DNA of 64,000 nt, taken from Chiloscyllium plagiosum (lineage: Eukaryota). Each line of letters begins with the position of its first letter. Position 1 is the first letter of the stretch. Positions 50,711-61,848 of the stretch are shown here, piece after piece. Position numbers and translations under genes: made by a program. Below the pieces are notes generated by a model, which was not told the DNA's origin, made no database searches, and saw only the letters and a program-made list of their open reading frames with translations. The stretch spans positions 87,118,274 to 87,182,273 of the forward strand of contig NC_057719.1 in NCBI RefSeq assembly GCF_004010195.1, given 5' to 3'.

Positions 50711-52765
50711 ATCGAAGTGTCTATAAAGAACTGACTATATTTGTGTTTCTTCATGTTAACCTTGGTTGTGAATAAGGATCTTAAACAGTCACTGTAGTGA
50801 CCCATTGTGGGTAGGGAAACCAGTAACTGGAGTGCACAGACAAGGACAGCACCAGATTTGGTCATTGCCAATGTACGGTTAAATGGACCCAACTAGATAA
50901 CATGTTAGGATGCAATAATTAATGTGCGCTAGACTAAAACAATCAGACAGAGTTTTCAATCTGATCACTGTGACCCTCTGCTTGGAAAGGAACAAAAGGT
51001 TTTGCCATTGCAGTAGCACCTCCCTCAACCACTAGCTGTCCAGAAGCACCTTACTGCCAGTAAATTAGTATTTAAAGTGCAGGCACCATTGTCATGTTGG
51101 TAAGTATCTGCAGGTGAGGGTTCAATCTAGCTCGTGTTGCCTCCACATTTGAATAATCTCTCAAGCTCATTTTGTCAGCTTGCAGATGGAAAATAACGGC
51201 TTGCTTGAAACGTTAAAGTATGTCCTGATGCTTCTGGTTCATTACCTCATCAAAATCAGTGAGCATTGCATGTGGAAGATGCAACTTAATTGAAGTATTT
51301 AAAATTTTCAAAGGTTTTAATAGGAGTGGATACAGAGCCAAGCTGTCCTCTTGTGGAAAGTGTGCAGCTAGTGGTCATCAATATGAGGTTGTCCCCAAGA
51401 AACAAAATCAGGAATTCAGAAATGTATTCACTAAATAAATACGTAAGAGTTTTGAGTTGGTACCACAGTGTGTTCTTTTAACTCCTGGGATGTGGTCATT
51501 GCTGGTTGGCCATAATTTATTGCCGATCCCTAATTGTTACCAGAGGAGAATCAACCACATTGTGACTCCAGAGTCTTGACAATGAAGGCCAGAGCAGGTC
51601 TGGATGATAGAATTCTTCCTTGAAAGGACATTAACAGCGCATGACCATTAACGTGGTCAACAGTCAACATTAGGCTAGCTTTTGATCTTAGATTTTCAGT
51701 GGATGCAAATGTCACCGTCATCATGGTTAACTTCTTTGTCTGTCCCACAGATGCTGCCAGCCCTGCTGAGTTTCCCAGACACTTTTTGTTTGTTCACCCA
51801 CAACATCAGCCTGCAGTTCTGGATTACTAGCCCAATTATATTACCATTAGACCACCACTATTCCATAAGATAATAGTATAGATCTGTTTGAGATGAAATT
51901 AGACTAGCATATGAGGGAAAAGATATACAGATTTGAAAATGTGATAATGATAGATGTCATATTAACAGACTGTGACTTTGTTGGATTGAATGGTCTCTTT
52001 CTGTACCCCTTATACTGTAATGATGCCTCCCATCATGTTCATTAAGAGCAGGTTGAGGGAATAATATTTTTCTGGATTAGATTTGTCCTGCTATCTGGAC
52101 AAAACATACCTGGATATATTCTGCATTATTGGGTCCACGCACAGGGGCAGTTTGCCACTTTTGGAGCTGGTTGTGTATGCATTGTATTCTGTGTTTAGAT
52201 CACACATGGAGTAAATTGAAGTAGCTGAGTATTGGCATCTAGGGTTAACATACCCTCTCATTTTCTGGGTGGGTGATTCATTTTTAGCGCACAGATCCTT
52301 GTTTAACTACATGTGCACAGTAACTTAAAGGAACCAATTTATGTGGCCTCTGCACAGAGGTTATATAAAGCTTATTGGTAATGCTGTTGTGATAGTGTCC
52401 CCCTACCTCTGGACCAGATGATCTAGATTCAAGTTCCACCTGCCTCGCCCATCATTGCAAATGGAGATGTTCTTGTTCATTGTTTAATTGTCCATCAGCA
52501 GCTGCAACTGGGTGTGATGGAATTGCAGAGGTTTGAAATTAAAAAATAAAGGCAGCATGTACTGAAAATATGCAAATAGTATTTGCTAGAAGGCCACTGG
52601 CTTAAAACGTCAACTCCCTTTCTCTCTCCACAAATATTGCTGAGCCTGCAGCATATGTTTCAGTATTTGCTGCTTACTCCTGTAGCAGCAGTTTACTCGT
52701 GTTCGAGAGCTTTGATCTGATCTGTTGGTTATGGGTCTATTTCGCTCCCTCTGTAGCAAAATCCC

Positions 52766-53000
52766 GAGTTTGCACATTCTCCCCGTGTCTGCGTGGGTTT
52801 TCTCCGGGTGCTCTGGTTTCCTCCCACAGTCACAAAGATGTGCGGGTCAGGTGAATTGGCCATGCTAAATTGCCCGTAGTGTTAGGTTAAAGGGGTAAAT
52901 GTAGGGGTATGGGTGGGTTGCGCTTCGGCGGGTCGGTGTGGACTTGTTGGGCCGAAGGGCCTGTTTCCACACTGTAAGTAATCTAATTAATCTAATCTAA
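52766..53000 (+). mobile_element. 5'-truncated HE1-type V-SINE
   Basis: Nearly identical to 9465-9700; starts inside the V-domain. Confidence 0.9.
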
Positions 53001-53940
53001 GTAAAATGGGCAGAAGTTTGAGATGCACTTATGAAGCAAGTGTGGAAGTGGGAGGGAAGAGAAAGGATGAAAGATAGGAATGATTAACAAAAACAATGAT
53101 AATAGGACAAGTCCTTAAGTTAAAAATGGATTTCAAGAAAGTGTAAATTGATCTGCACATTTTGTGTTTGGGGGATGGCTGTTAATGATGAGTCTTTTTT
53201 TTATATTTACACCACCTCAGAACCTATTACCACACTTTTTTCTCTTTCAACCATCATTTCTTTTATCATTTAATTTTTCCTGTCTGGTTCCACCTGTTAC
53301 CTTATTTTTGTTCTATCCCTCCCTTTCTCATTCCCTACCTTGCCTTTAACTTGCTCCATTTCTAATTATTTCTTGAGACTTTTGATTAAAATGTTACCTG
53401 TTTATCTCCATGGACACTGCTTGGCCTGCTGAAAATTTCCAACACACTTTTTTGTTTCAGATTTCAAGCATTTTTTTGTTTGAAGTGTGTTTAGTCTATA
53501 CAGAACATGATGGAGGGTGTCCTCTGTGTTGGGATGTGACTTACCTTCTCCAAAGAGTCTGCAATAGTCAGTTCTCCAAATTCTGTTGGTAGATGCAAAT
53601 TTCTCCTGATTGTATCAAGTAGAGTTTCCCTCTCAATACTGTCCTCCACTCCCCACCACCCCCCCTGTGAAAAATCACCGACAGACCCAGTCTGGCAGAT
53701 ATGCGCTTTAAAAATTTAGTCAGCTCAGTAAGGGAAGGCATTACTGAGTCACTCCTGGAGATGTACTTTAAAGTTCTCCCACCCACTGTACTTCCTGTGC
53801 CTCTTGCCACACTCTGTGATTAGCATCATAGAGTCATAGGAAATAAACGCTTTGGTTCAACTCATCCATGACGAACAGGTTTCCCAAATTAAACTTAGAC
53901 CCATTTGCGTGTCTTTGGCCCATTTCCCTCTCAACCTTTC

Positions 53941-54165
53941 TGAAGGTTGGTATTCCATCAGCAAGTCACTTTATTTATTTATTTATGCATGCATGGTAGA
54001 TGACACTGGCCTGGCTAGCACCAAGCTTGCTCCTCAAGTCAGCAGAATCCCTCACACTCCTGTTAATACCTGTCAGTCAGGACTCCCTGATCAGTCAGGT
54101 TATCAGCCCCAATCAGGGAAATCATATTCCACGAGATCCTGGCTGACCAAATTCCATTCACTGCA
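53941..54165 (-). mobile_element. Solo LTR (225 bp, TG...CA) with 5-bp TSD CTTTC
   Basis: ctttc at 53936-53940 and 54166-54170; termini TGAAG...CTGCA; minus-strand AATAAA near 53970; removing it restores the CR1 sequence. Confidence 0.75.
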
Positions 54166-54317
54166 CTTTCCTATTCATGAATCTGTCCAAATGTCTTTTA
54201 AATGTTCCTGTACCTGCATCTACCACTTCCTCTGGCAGCTCATTCCATATATGCATCACCCTCTGTGACAATATTGCCCCTCGGATCTCTTTTAAATCTT
54301 TTCCTTCTCATCTTCTA

Positions 54318-54420
54318 GGAGAAAGTGAGGACCGTGGATGCTGCATTCCTGAAGAAGGGCTTATGCCCGAAACGAGGATTATCCTACTGACCTGCTGTGC
54401 TGTTCCAGCACCACACTCTT
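54318..54420 (+). mobile_element. PLE family A miniature (short inverted end plus terminal repeat); hammerhead with a mutated cleavage triplet
   Basis: attc-CTGAAGA-A-GGGC(TTAT)GCCC-GAAACG-AG at 54345-54376. Confidence 0.75.
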
Positions 54421-54744
54421 GATTTCCCCCCACCCCCCAAATTTCTGACTTGCATTCCCCTGCCCTGCAGAAAACACCTTATCTATGCCCATCATGAATT
54501 TATAAACCTTTTAACCTCCTACATTCTAAGGGAAAAACCTCCTTTTAACTCAAACCCTCTGCTCCTGGTAACATTCTTGTAAAATCTTTGCTTTACAATT
54601 TAGTAACATCTTTCTTATAGCAGGGTGACCAGGATTGTATACAGTACTCCAGAAGTGCAGTGCTCCCACTAGCTTCCTGTACAGCCACAACACGATATCC
54701 CTACTATTAGACCGTTATTCCATGCTCTGACCAATGAAGGCTTC

Positions 54745-54972
54745 AATAAAAAACTCAAAGAACTGTGCATGCTGTAAATCAGAAAAATAAATTGCTTGAA
54801 AAACCCAGCAGGCCTGGCAGCATATGAAGAGAAATCAGTTAACATTTCGGGTCCCGTGACCCTTCTTCAGAACTGGAGTTCTAAGGAAAGGTCACCAGAC
54901 AAGAACATTAACTCTGATTTCTTTTCACGGATGCTGCCAAACCTGAGCTTTTCCAGCAATTTGTTTTTGTTG
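54745..54972. mobile_element. Palindromic PLE-type miniature, family B; near-intact hammerhead on the - strand (54838-54873)
   Basis: The reverse complement reads GTT-CTGAAGA-A-GGGTC(ACGG)GACCC-GAAA-TGTT^AAC; the right arm is a decayed inverted copy. Confidence 0.75.
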
Positions 54973-55359
54973 CCTCCCTCACCACCCTATCTACCCGGGC
55001 CCCCCAATTCAAGGGATTATGAATCTCAACCCCAAAGTCTCTCTTCTAAGTGATGCTCAGCATGGTGGATTGCATCAACTGGAGGATGATAATCAGCAAG
55101 AGGTTTCATGTTCGACCTGATGCTTTGAAATTTTAATGTTGGTGATTTTGGGCCATTGCTTCCTGAGTGTGTGCCATTGTTCTGATACCTCTTGTGGAGG
55201 TATCTTGCTTTCATTGGTCAGCATGGAGTATAAGTCTGAGTAGGGATGTCATGTTGCATCTGTACAGGATGTTGATGAGAGCAATTCTGGAGTACTGTGT
55301 ACAATTCTGGTCACCCTGCTGCAGGAAAGATGTTATTAAATTTGAAAGGAAATTTTGGA

Positions 55360-55900
55360 CCTCCATCCAAGACTCCAAAGGATCCCTCCACATCTGGCAG
55401 AGATTTTCCTGCACATCCAAACACTTCATCTACTGTGTCTATTGCTCTCGATGTGGTCTCCTCTTCATTGGGGAGACAGGGTGCCAACACACGGAACATT
55501 TCAGGGAACATCTCTGGGGGACATGGACCAAACAACCCCACTGCACTGCAGCTGACTGCTTCAACTCCCCCTCCTACTCTGCCAAGACATGAAAGTTCTG
55601 AGCCACCTCTACTGCCAAATCCAAGCCACCTGGTGCCTGGAGGAAGAATGCCTCATCTTCTGCCTTGGGACCCTGCAACCCAAGGCATCGATGTTGACTT
55701 CAACAGTTTCCTCATCTCCCCTTATTCCACATCCAACACTCCAACTCTTCATTGCCCTCTTGAACTGTCCAGCTCCCTTCCTACCTATTCCACCCCATCA
55801 TTCCTGAAACGTCGATTCTCCTGCTCCTCAGATGCTGCTTGACCTAACTGTGAACTTTTTTTCGACTGTGATCTCCAGCATCTACAGCTCACTTTTCCCC
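55360..55900 (+). mobile_element. Penelope-like element 3' end: GIY-YIG endonuclease remnant plus terminal repeat
   Basis: FSCTSKHFIYCVYCSRCGLLFIGETG..HFREH..FNS (GIY-YIG with CxxC) and LEEECLIFCLGTLQP, then attcctgaaacgtcgattctcctgctcc (hammerhead internally deleted). Confidence 0.88.
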
Positions 55901-56282
55901 ACCTCTTGTAGACCTGTCTTGTCGGGTGGAGATGGAGCAATCTGCAGTGTTATGATTTGAGAGTCTGACAGTCAGATGGTTACTTGGGGAGTCTGTGAGA
56001 AAGTCTTTCTGATTTTTGCCTAAGTCCCGAGCTGTTAAGAAGATTTAATTTTCACAGGAATAACTTGGCTGGTGTGCCTTTGTTGTATCCTTGTGTAAGT
56101 CAACATAGCGGTCAGGCTGGTTTTATTCTCATAAAACCACTACAATAATATCCGAGACACTCCCATCAAACTATCTGACATCATTTCATGACTTATTAGC
56201 TCAATATTTCAGAGTCACATTGTTAACCAGCCTGGCTATATTTCCTTCCTGTAATGACATGAGTGAACCTGTTGAATTTAGA

Positions 56283-56500
56283 GAACAAAAGCAAAATCCT
56301 GTGGATGCTCAAAATCTGAAATAAAAACCAAATGTTGGTGAAACTATGAATCTGGCAGCATCTGTGGAGAGAGAGAGAAAGACAGAGTTAATGTTTAGAG
56401 TCCAGTATGACTCATGAGTCGTACCAGCCTCAGAGTGTTAACACTCTCTTTCACAGGTTCTTCCAGAAGTGCTGAATTCCTCCAGCCTTCTCTGAAATTT
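56283..56500. mobile_element. Old palindromic PLE-type miniature (family B-like)
   Basis: ctggcagcatctgtggagaga..cagagttaatgttt left arm, centre atgactcatgagtcgt, decayed inverted right arm. Confidence 0.6.
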
Positions 56501-56757
56501 TAGAACAGTTTGCTAGTTTGTGATCATAATTACAGATTCCAGCTATCTTAATTGTTCAACGTTATTTAAAATCTTCTATCAATGGTTGGGATTTGAGCTC
56601 TTATCACTGAATCAATTGGGTGGGCATTTGAAGTACTAACCCATCTCTATAACCCTCAGGCTACAGTAACTGTTTCTAACATGAAGCGTAAACTGGCTGT
56701 GCCTATTCTATCAATCCATAATGCAAGAGGTGGGAGTCTGCATTAATTCTCAATGAT

Positions 56758-57033
56758 GTTAAAAATCACAAAACACCTGGTTTTAGTCCAACTGGTTTAT
56801 TTACAACTACTAGCTTTTGGAGCGCTGTTCCTTCTTAAGATAGCTGTGGAGCAGGAACATAAGACACAAATTTCTTGCTATGAATTCTGTCTTTTGATCC
56901 TGCTCCACAGCTACCTAAAGAAAGAAGTGCTCCGAAAGCTGTTGCTTCCAAATAAACCTGTTGGACTATAACCTGGAGGTGTGTGCTTTTTAACTTTGTC
57001 CAACCCAATCCAATGCCAGCAACTCCACATCAT
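56758..57033. mobile_element. Palindromic PLE-type miniature, family C (another arm at ~57340-57450)
   Basis: Arms gttaaaaatcaca..tagctgtggagcagga and tcctgctccacagcta..gctccgaaagct..tttttaac are inverted copies. Confidence 0.75.
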
Positions 57034-57809
57034 GAGGAGGAGGAGAAGATGTCTGCTCCATTTGAATACAATGAAAGGTGGATACAAGTTTATTTCTGTT
57101 TGTGTGGGAGGGGTATGTATGGAAAATATATTGATGCTATATACTGAGTTACACAGTTCAGTGCTGTTCTTACTTGGTATGCAAGTTTCACTGCACCACG
57201 TGACCTTGCTCTTTGAGAAGTTGTTTGACTAAAGAAAGCATCAGCACTGAGTCTGAACCAATCCTCAGTCAATATTCCCACTGAGATGACAGGAGTAGCA
57301 TATCAGTTGCATGGCACTGTGATCTTCTGCCATAAGTTTTGTATCTTATGATCCTGCCCCACTAGCTACCTGACAAAGGAAATGCATTTCGAAAGCTGGT
57401 ACTTTCAAATAAACCTATTGGACTATAACCTGGTGTGGTGTGATTTTTAACCATGATCTGAAAGGGCATTCCTTACCTGAGCTGAAATGTGTGGGATAGG
57501 AAATGAAATGGAATGAGGTTCTCCAGTGTAAAATTGTAAAGATTGCAGAGGATGTTTGTACTTTGAATATTCAGGTTTTTTCAGGTTATCTTTTCCGTTT
57601 CCCTATCTCCTGTGTCACACTTGGAAATCAAAGTGCTACCATTTCTAGAGTCATCACAAAAGTTGAAAGTTTTATCGAAGTACGCAAAGGCACTAATTTA
57701 CTGGTCAGAGCCAGGTTAACTGAAAACATGGCATGTTTCTGTACTTAGAATCAATTTATTTGCAATAAATAACAATACTTAAGTACAAGTACAAGCTGTC
57801 AACATATAA

Positions 57810-58835
57810 CTCAGAGTTGTAAGCATGAAAACTTCAATCCAACTTGTCCATGCCAACCAGATATCCCAAATAAATCCAATCCCATTTGCTAGCACTTGGC
57901 ACGTATGCCCTCCAACCCTTCCTATTCATATGTCCATCCAGATGTTTTTTAAATGTTATAAATATACCAGCCTCCAACCACTTCCTTTGGCAATTCATTC
58001 CATACACACACAACTCTGTGTGAAAATGTTGCCCGTTAGGTCCCTTTTAAGTCTTTCCCCTCTTATCTTAAACCTATGCCCAGTAGTTTTGTACTTTCCT
58101 CACCCCGAGGAAAAGAGCTTGGCTATTCACCCTATTCCTGCCTGTCATGACCTTGTAAACCTCTATAAACTCACCCCTCAGCCTCTGACACTCCAGGCAA
58201 ACAAGCCGCAGCCTCTCCCTATAGCTCAAACTCTCCAATCCTTGCAACATCCTTATAAATCTTTTCTGAGCCCTTTCAAGTTTCACAACATCTTTCTTGT
58301 AGCAGGGAGACCAGAATTGAGTATATTCTAAAAGTGGCCTAATCAATGTCCTGTACAGTTACAACATGACCTCCCAACTCCTATACTCTATGCAACTGCC
58401 AATAAAGGCAAGCATACTAATCACTGCCTTCACTATCCTGTCCTTTCTGGGCCTCCAATTTCAAGGAACTATGAACATGCACTCCAAGGTCTCTGTTCAG
58501 CAACACTCCCTTACACTTTATCTTTCCAAAGTGCACAACCTCACATTTATCTAATTTATCTAAATTTATATAAATGATGCAAAGCAGTGGACCCAGCACC
58601 GATCCTTGTGACACATCACTGTCTTCTACCTTTGAGCCATTTCTGTATACCATGTGATCTAATCTTGCCTGCCTGTCTGCTGTAAGAAGCCTTGTCAAAC
58701 AATTTATAGATCACTTCCACTGCTCTGCCCATATCAATCCGCTGTTACTTCAACAAAGTCAATCAAGTTACTGAGACATGATTTCCCATGCACAAAGCCA
58801 TGTTGACTCTTCCTAATCAGTCCTTGCCTTTCCAA
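57810..58835 (-). mobile_element. CR1 LINE 3' fragment
   Basis: Minus-strand RPLLEYTQFWSP..LERAQKRFIRM and QGSVLGPLL. Confidence 0.88.
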
Positions 58836-59320
58836 GTGTAGCACTAGAGCCAGGTTGCAGTAGACCCAGACTGGGAACGCCTGGTCATCAGCGTGGTGGT
58901 GGCAGCGGCAGCTCTTGGTTGTAGTAGGCCCGGAGCCAGGCTGTCCTGGCTATTGGTGAGGTAGCAGTGCCAGAGGCTTCTAGTTGCAGAGGGAGTGTGG
59001 GTCTAGCACAGGATCTGGCATCAGCCAGGTGGGCCCAGTGACAATGATGGCACCTGAAGAGTGGTAGCTCCAACTTGGTGGGTCCAGTACAGTTGATGAC
59101 AAGGTGGTGGAGGAGGCATGGTGGTGCTAATGTCATTGGTGAGCTAGCTCAAGACTCTTGGTGGAGGTAGCAGAACAAAGCTGCACTCTCTTTTAGCAAG
59201 TCTTTTTATTCTTAAAATCATTCAAAATGGCACTGGATTGTTACAGCAGTTGAAGCTTTCCACTATTTTACTGTATCATTTACTGTCAAATACAAGTGAC
59301 AATAATTCATCGTTCATTCA
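58836..59320 (+). mobile_element. Unclassified non-LTR-like remnant with a GC-rich body
   Basis: Ends ttttccacta..caagtgacaataattcatcgttcattca, resembling a Rex1/L2-type tail; family uncertain. Confidence 0.35.
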
Positions 59321-59579
59321 CATTAAATGCGAAGACTGTCAAGTTACTGGTTAAAGCCACAGCTTACAGCAACTGCTGAAGTGAGGTTCTTGTGATACAG
59401 TGGTAGTGTCCCTACTTCTGAGCAGGTTAATTAGAAAATATTTACAGCAATTAGTGAGGTAAAATAAACTGGCCTTTTTTTCAGGCTTCAGATTTGTTTT
59501 TTACTGAAGCAAAAGACATGCCACTTCCCCTTCAGGGATGTCCAAAGGCTTCTGCCAGTATTGCTCCCACCCACAAGTT

Positions 59580-59661
59580 AAAAACAATGACTGCAGATGC
59601 TGGAAACCAGATTCTGGATCAGTGGTGCTGGAAGAGCACAGCAATTCAGGCAGCATCCGAA
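59580..59661 (-). mobile_element. 82-bp PLE terminal fragment with a 14-bp TSD
   Basis: cccacccacaagtt at 59566-59579 and 59662-59675; the body matches the family A repeat. Confidence 0.82.
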
Positions 59662-60966
59662 CCCACCCACAAGTTGTTAAGGTACAAAAAATACAATATA
59701 TGCACCTATCCCTCCAATCCTTCCTTGTTTCTGAATTGCTCGATGAGAAGCAAGCACGCTCCTTTGGACAATTTCTTGTGTCTGAAGCCTTTTGCTCTGC
59801 TGCAAAAGAGTTAACAGAATAAAACCAAGCATGCTTTGGGTACAGCGGTCATTATCTTGAGTACAGTAGTGCAGAGATCATGTTACTGGATTAATAATCC
59901 TAAATTTGAGATTTCAAATCTCACCATTTTAGAATATGAGCCTTAGCTTTCAAAACATCAAGTGAAAGTCATTGTGAAAAGCTATTGGGATTGTGATAAG
60001 CATGTAGCTGGTTCGTTAATGTCACTTAAGGCAAGAAAACAAGGAACAGATATAGGCCTTTCAACCCTCCAGCACAATCTTGTATTTAATAAGGTCAGGC
60101 TGATTACATTTTAACCTCAAGTCTATGTTGCTGGTGATCTTTCACCCTTTGCTTATTAAGAACCTATCTGCATCGTGACATAAAAATATCCAAGCACTGC
60201 TTTGATGGACTTTTCATGAGTTACCCACTTCCCCTTTTAAAATTCTGTTTTTACCCCAGTGTTCACGCGACTCTCCTGAAATTGATTGCAATCCAAATCA
60301 AAGTTAATCAAGCTCCTTTACTTTGTGAGATTTCAACATGTGATCCTAGACTCAGTGTTTGCTTATGTTTGGAGACTAGCAGTGACCTCCACTGAGCTCT
60401 GTGGGATACCAGTCTAATAAACATTGGCATGATTCAAACCATAGTTACTTCAAATTCTTTCACTTTTGATGTAGATTAGACTCGAAGAGTTAACTCTGTT
60501 TCTCTCTCGGCAGATGCTGCCAGACCTGGTGAGTTTTGTCAGTGTTTGTTTCAGTTCTGCGACTGACTTGTGACCCTCTGACATTCTCTTGCAATAACGT
60601 GTGTCTTCATTTTATCAACACCCCATCTCCATCACATCTTACTCACTGCCTTCTCAAAATCCACGCACACAAAAAAAATTGTCAGGCATGACTTGCCTTG
60701 TGAGACTGACACTGGGCTGACAAGTTTCAAGTTACCTGGTTTATCTCTCTCTCTTGTTACACAACCACCCACACCTATAATTCTTTGGAATATCTTCCAT
60801 GTCAAAGGAGATTGAATGTCTGTGAACAGAGCTTTGCCTTCCTTCGGTCGATAGGATGTAAATCATCTTTTTAATCAAAATTCCCTACATTTCACCAGCA
60901 TTTCCTGCTCTATAATTATCATTCCAATATCTCCTTGTGCTCTTAATATCCTCCTCTCACACTGTA

Positions 60967-61125
60967 CAGAGGAAGCTCAATTATCTAAAGGACATGGGCG
61001 GAAAGTATTTTGTTCAGTTAATTGAATACTGGATAACATAGTTAGCCACGCATCAGGACCATACGATCTTGTTCGGATGATCCGAAGTCCCGTTAATCGA
61101 ATGCCAGATAATCGAGGCTCCTCTG
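60967..61125. mobile_element. Tc1/mariner (pogo/Tigger-like) MITE, 159 bp, TA target duplication
   Basis: TA|CAGAGGAAGCTCAATTATCT ... AGATAATCGAGGCTCCTCTG|TA: imperfect ~20-bp TIRs. Confidence 0.8.
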
Positions 61126-61164
61126 TAATGTGTTGCCGCAGAGCAAAAAGCCCTTGAAGTACAC

Positions 61165-61848
61165 GTTCATAGTTGATTGAAAGTGGAGTTACAGGTAGAC
61201 AGGGCAGTGAAGAAGACATTTGGTACGCTGTCCTTTGTTGGTCAGTGCACTGAGTATAGTAGTTCAGAGGTCATGTTGTAGCTGTAAAAAACATTGGTTG
61301 GGCCACTTTTGGAATACTACATTCAGTTCTCATCTCCCTGCTATAGGAAAGATGTTGTGAAACTTGAAAGGGTTCAGAAACAACTTACAAGGATGTTGCT
61401 GGGTTGGAGGGTTTGAGCTATAGGGAGAGGCTGAATAGGCTGGGGCTGTTTTCCCTGGAGCATCGAAGGCTGAAGGGTGACCTTATAGGGGTTTATAAAA
61501 TCATGGGCATGGATAGGGTAAATCAAAAAGGTCTTTTCCCCAGGGTGGGGGAGTTCAGAACTAGAGGGCATAGGTTTAAAGTGAGAGATTCATTTTAAAT
61601 CCTTCCCCTCCATGGCAACTTTTTCATGCAGAGGATGGTGCATGTATGGAATGAGCTGCCAGAGGAAGTGGTGGAGGCTGGTACATTTACAACATTTAAA
61701 AGGCATCTGGATGGGTATATGAATAGGAAGAGTTTAGAGGAACATGGGCCACATGCTGACAAATGTAACTAAATTAGGTTGGGATGTGTGGTCACATGGA
61801 CAAGTTGGACCGAAGGGTCTATTTCAGTGCTGTATATTTCTGTGACTC
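61165..61848 (+). mobile_element. CR1 LINE 3' fragment (further + strand CR1 remnants at ~62400-62780 and ~63285-64000)
   Basis: EGLSYRERLNRLGLFSLEHRRLKGDLIGVYKIM..RTRGHRFKV and a ccgaagggtct tail. Confidence 0.88.

Larger units (their letters stand above)
47545..50730 (+). other. INO80: Probable INO80 3'UTR (~3.2 kb)
   Basis: Follows the stop codon, is nearly free of the recognisable TEs that fill the introns, and ends near AATAAA 50705-50710. The end point is inferred. Confidence 0.5.
53826..54742 (-). mobile_element. CR1 3' fragment hosting a solo LTR and a PLE miniature
   Basis: Collinear with other CR1 3' ends once the two inserts are removed. Confidence 0.75.
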
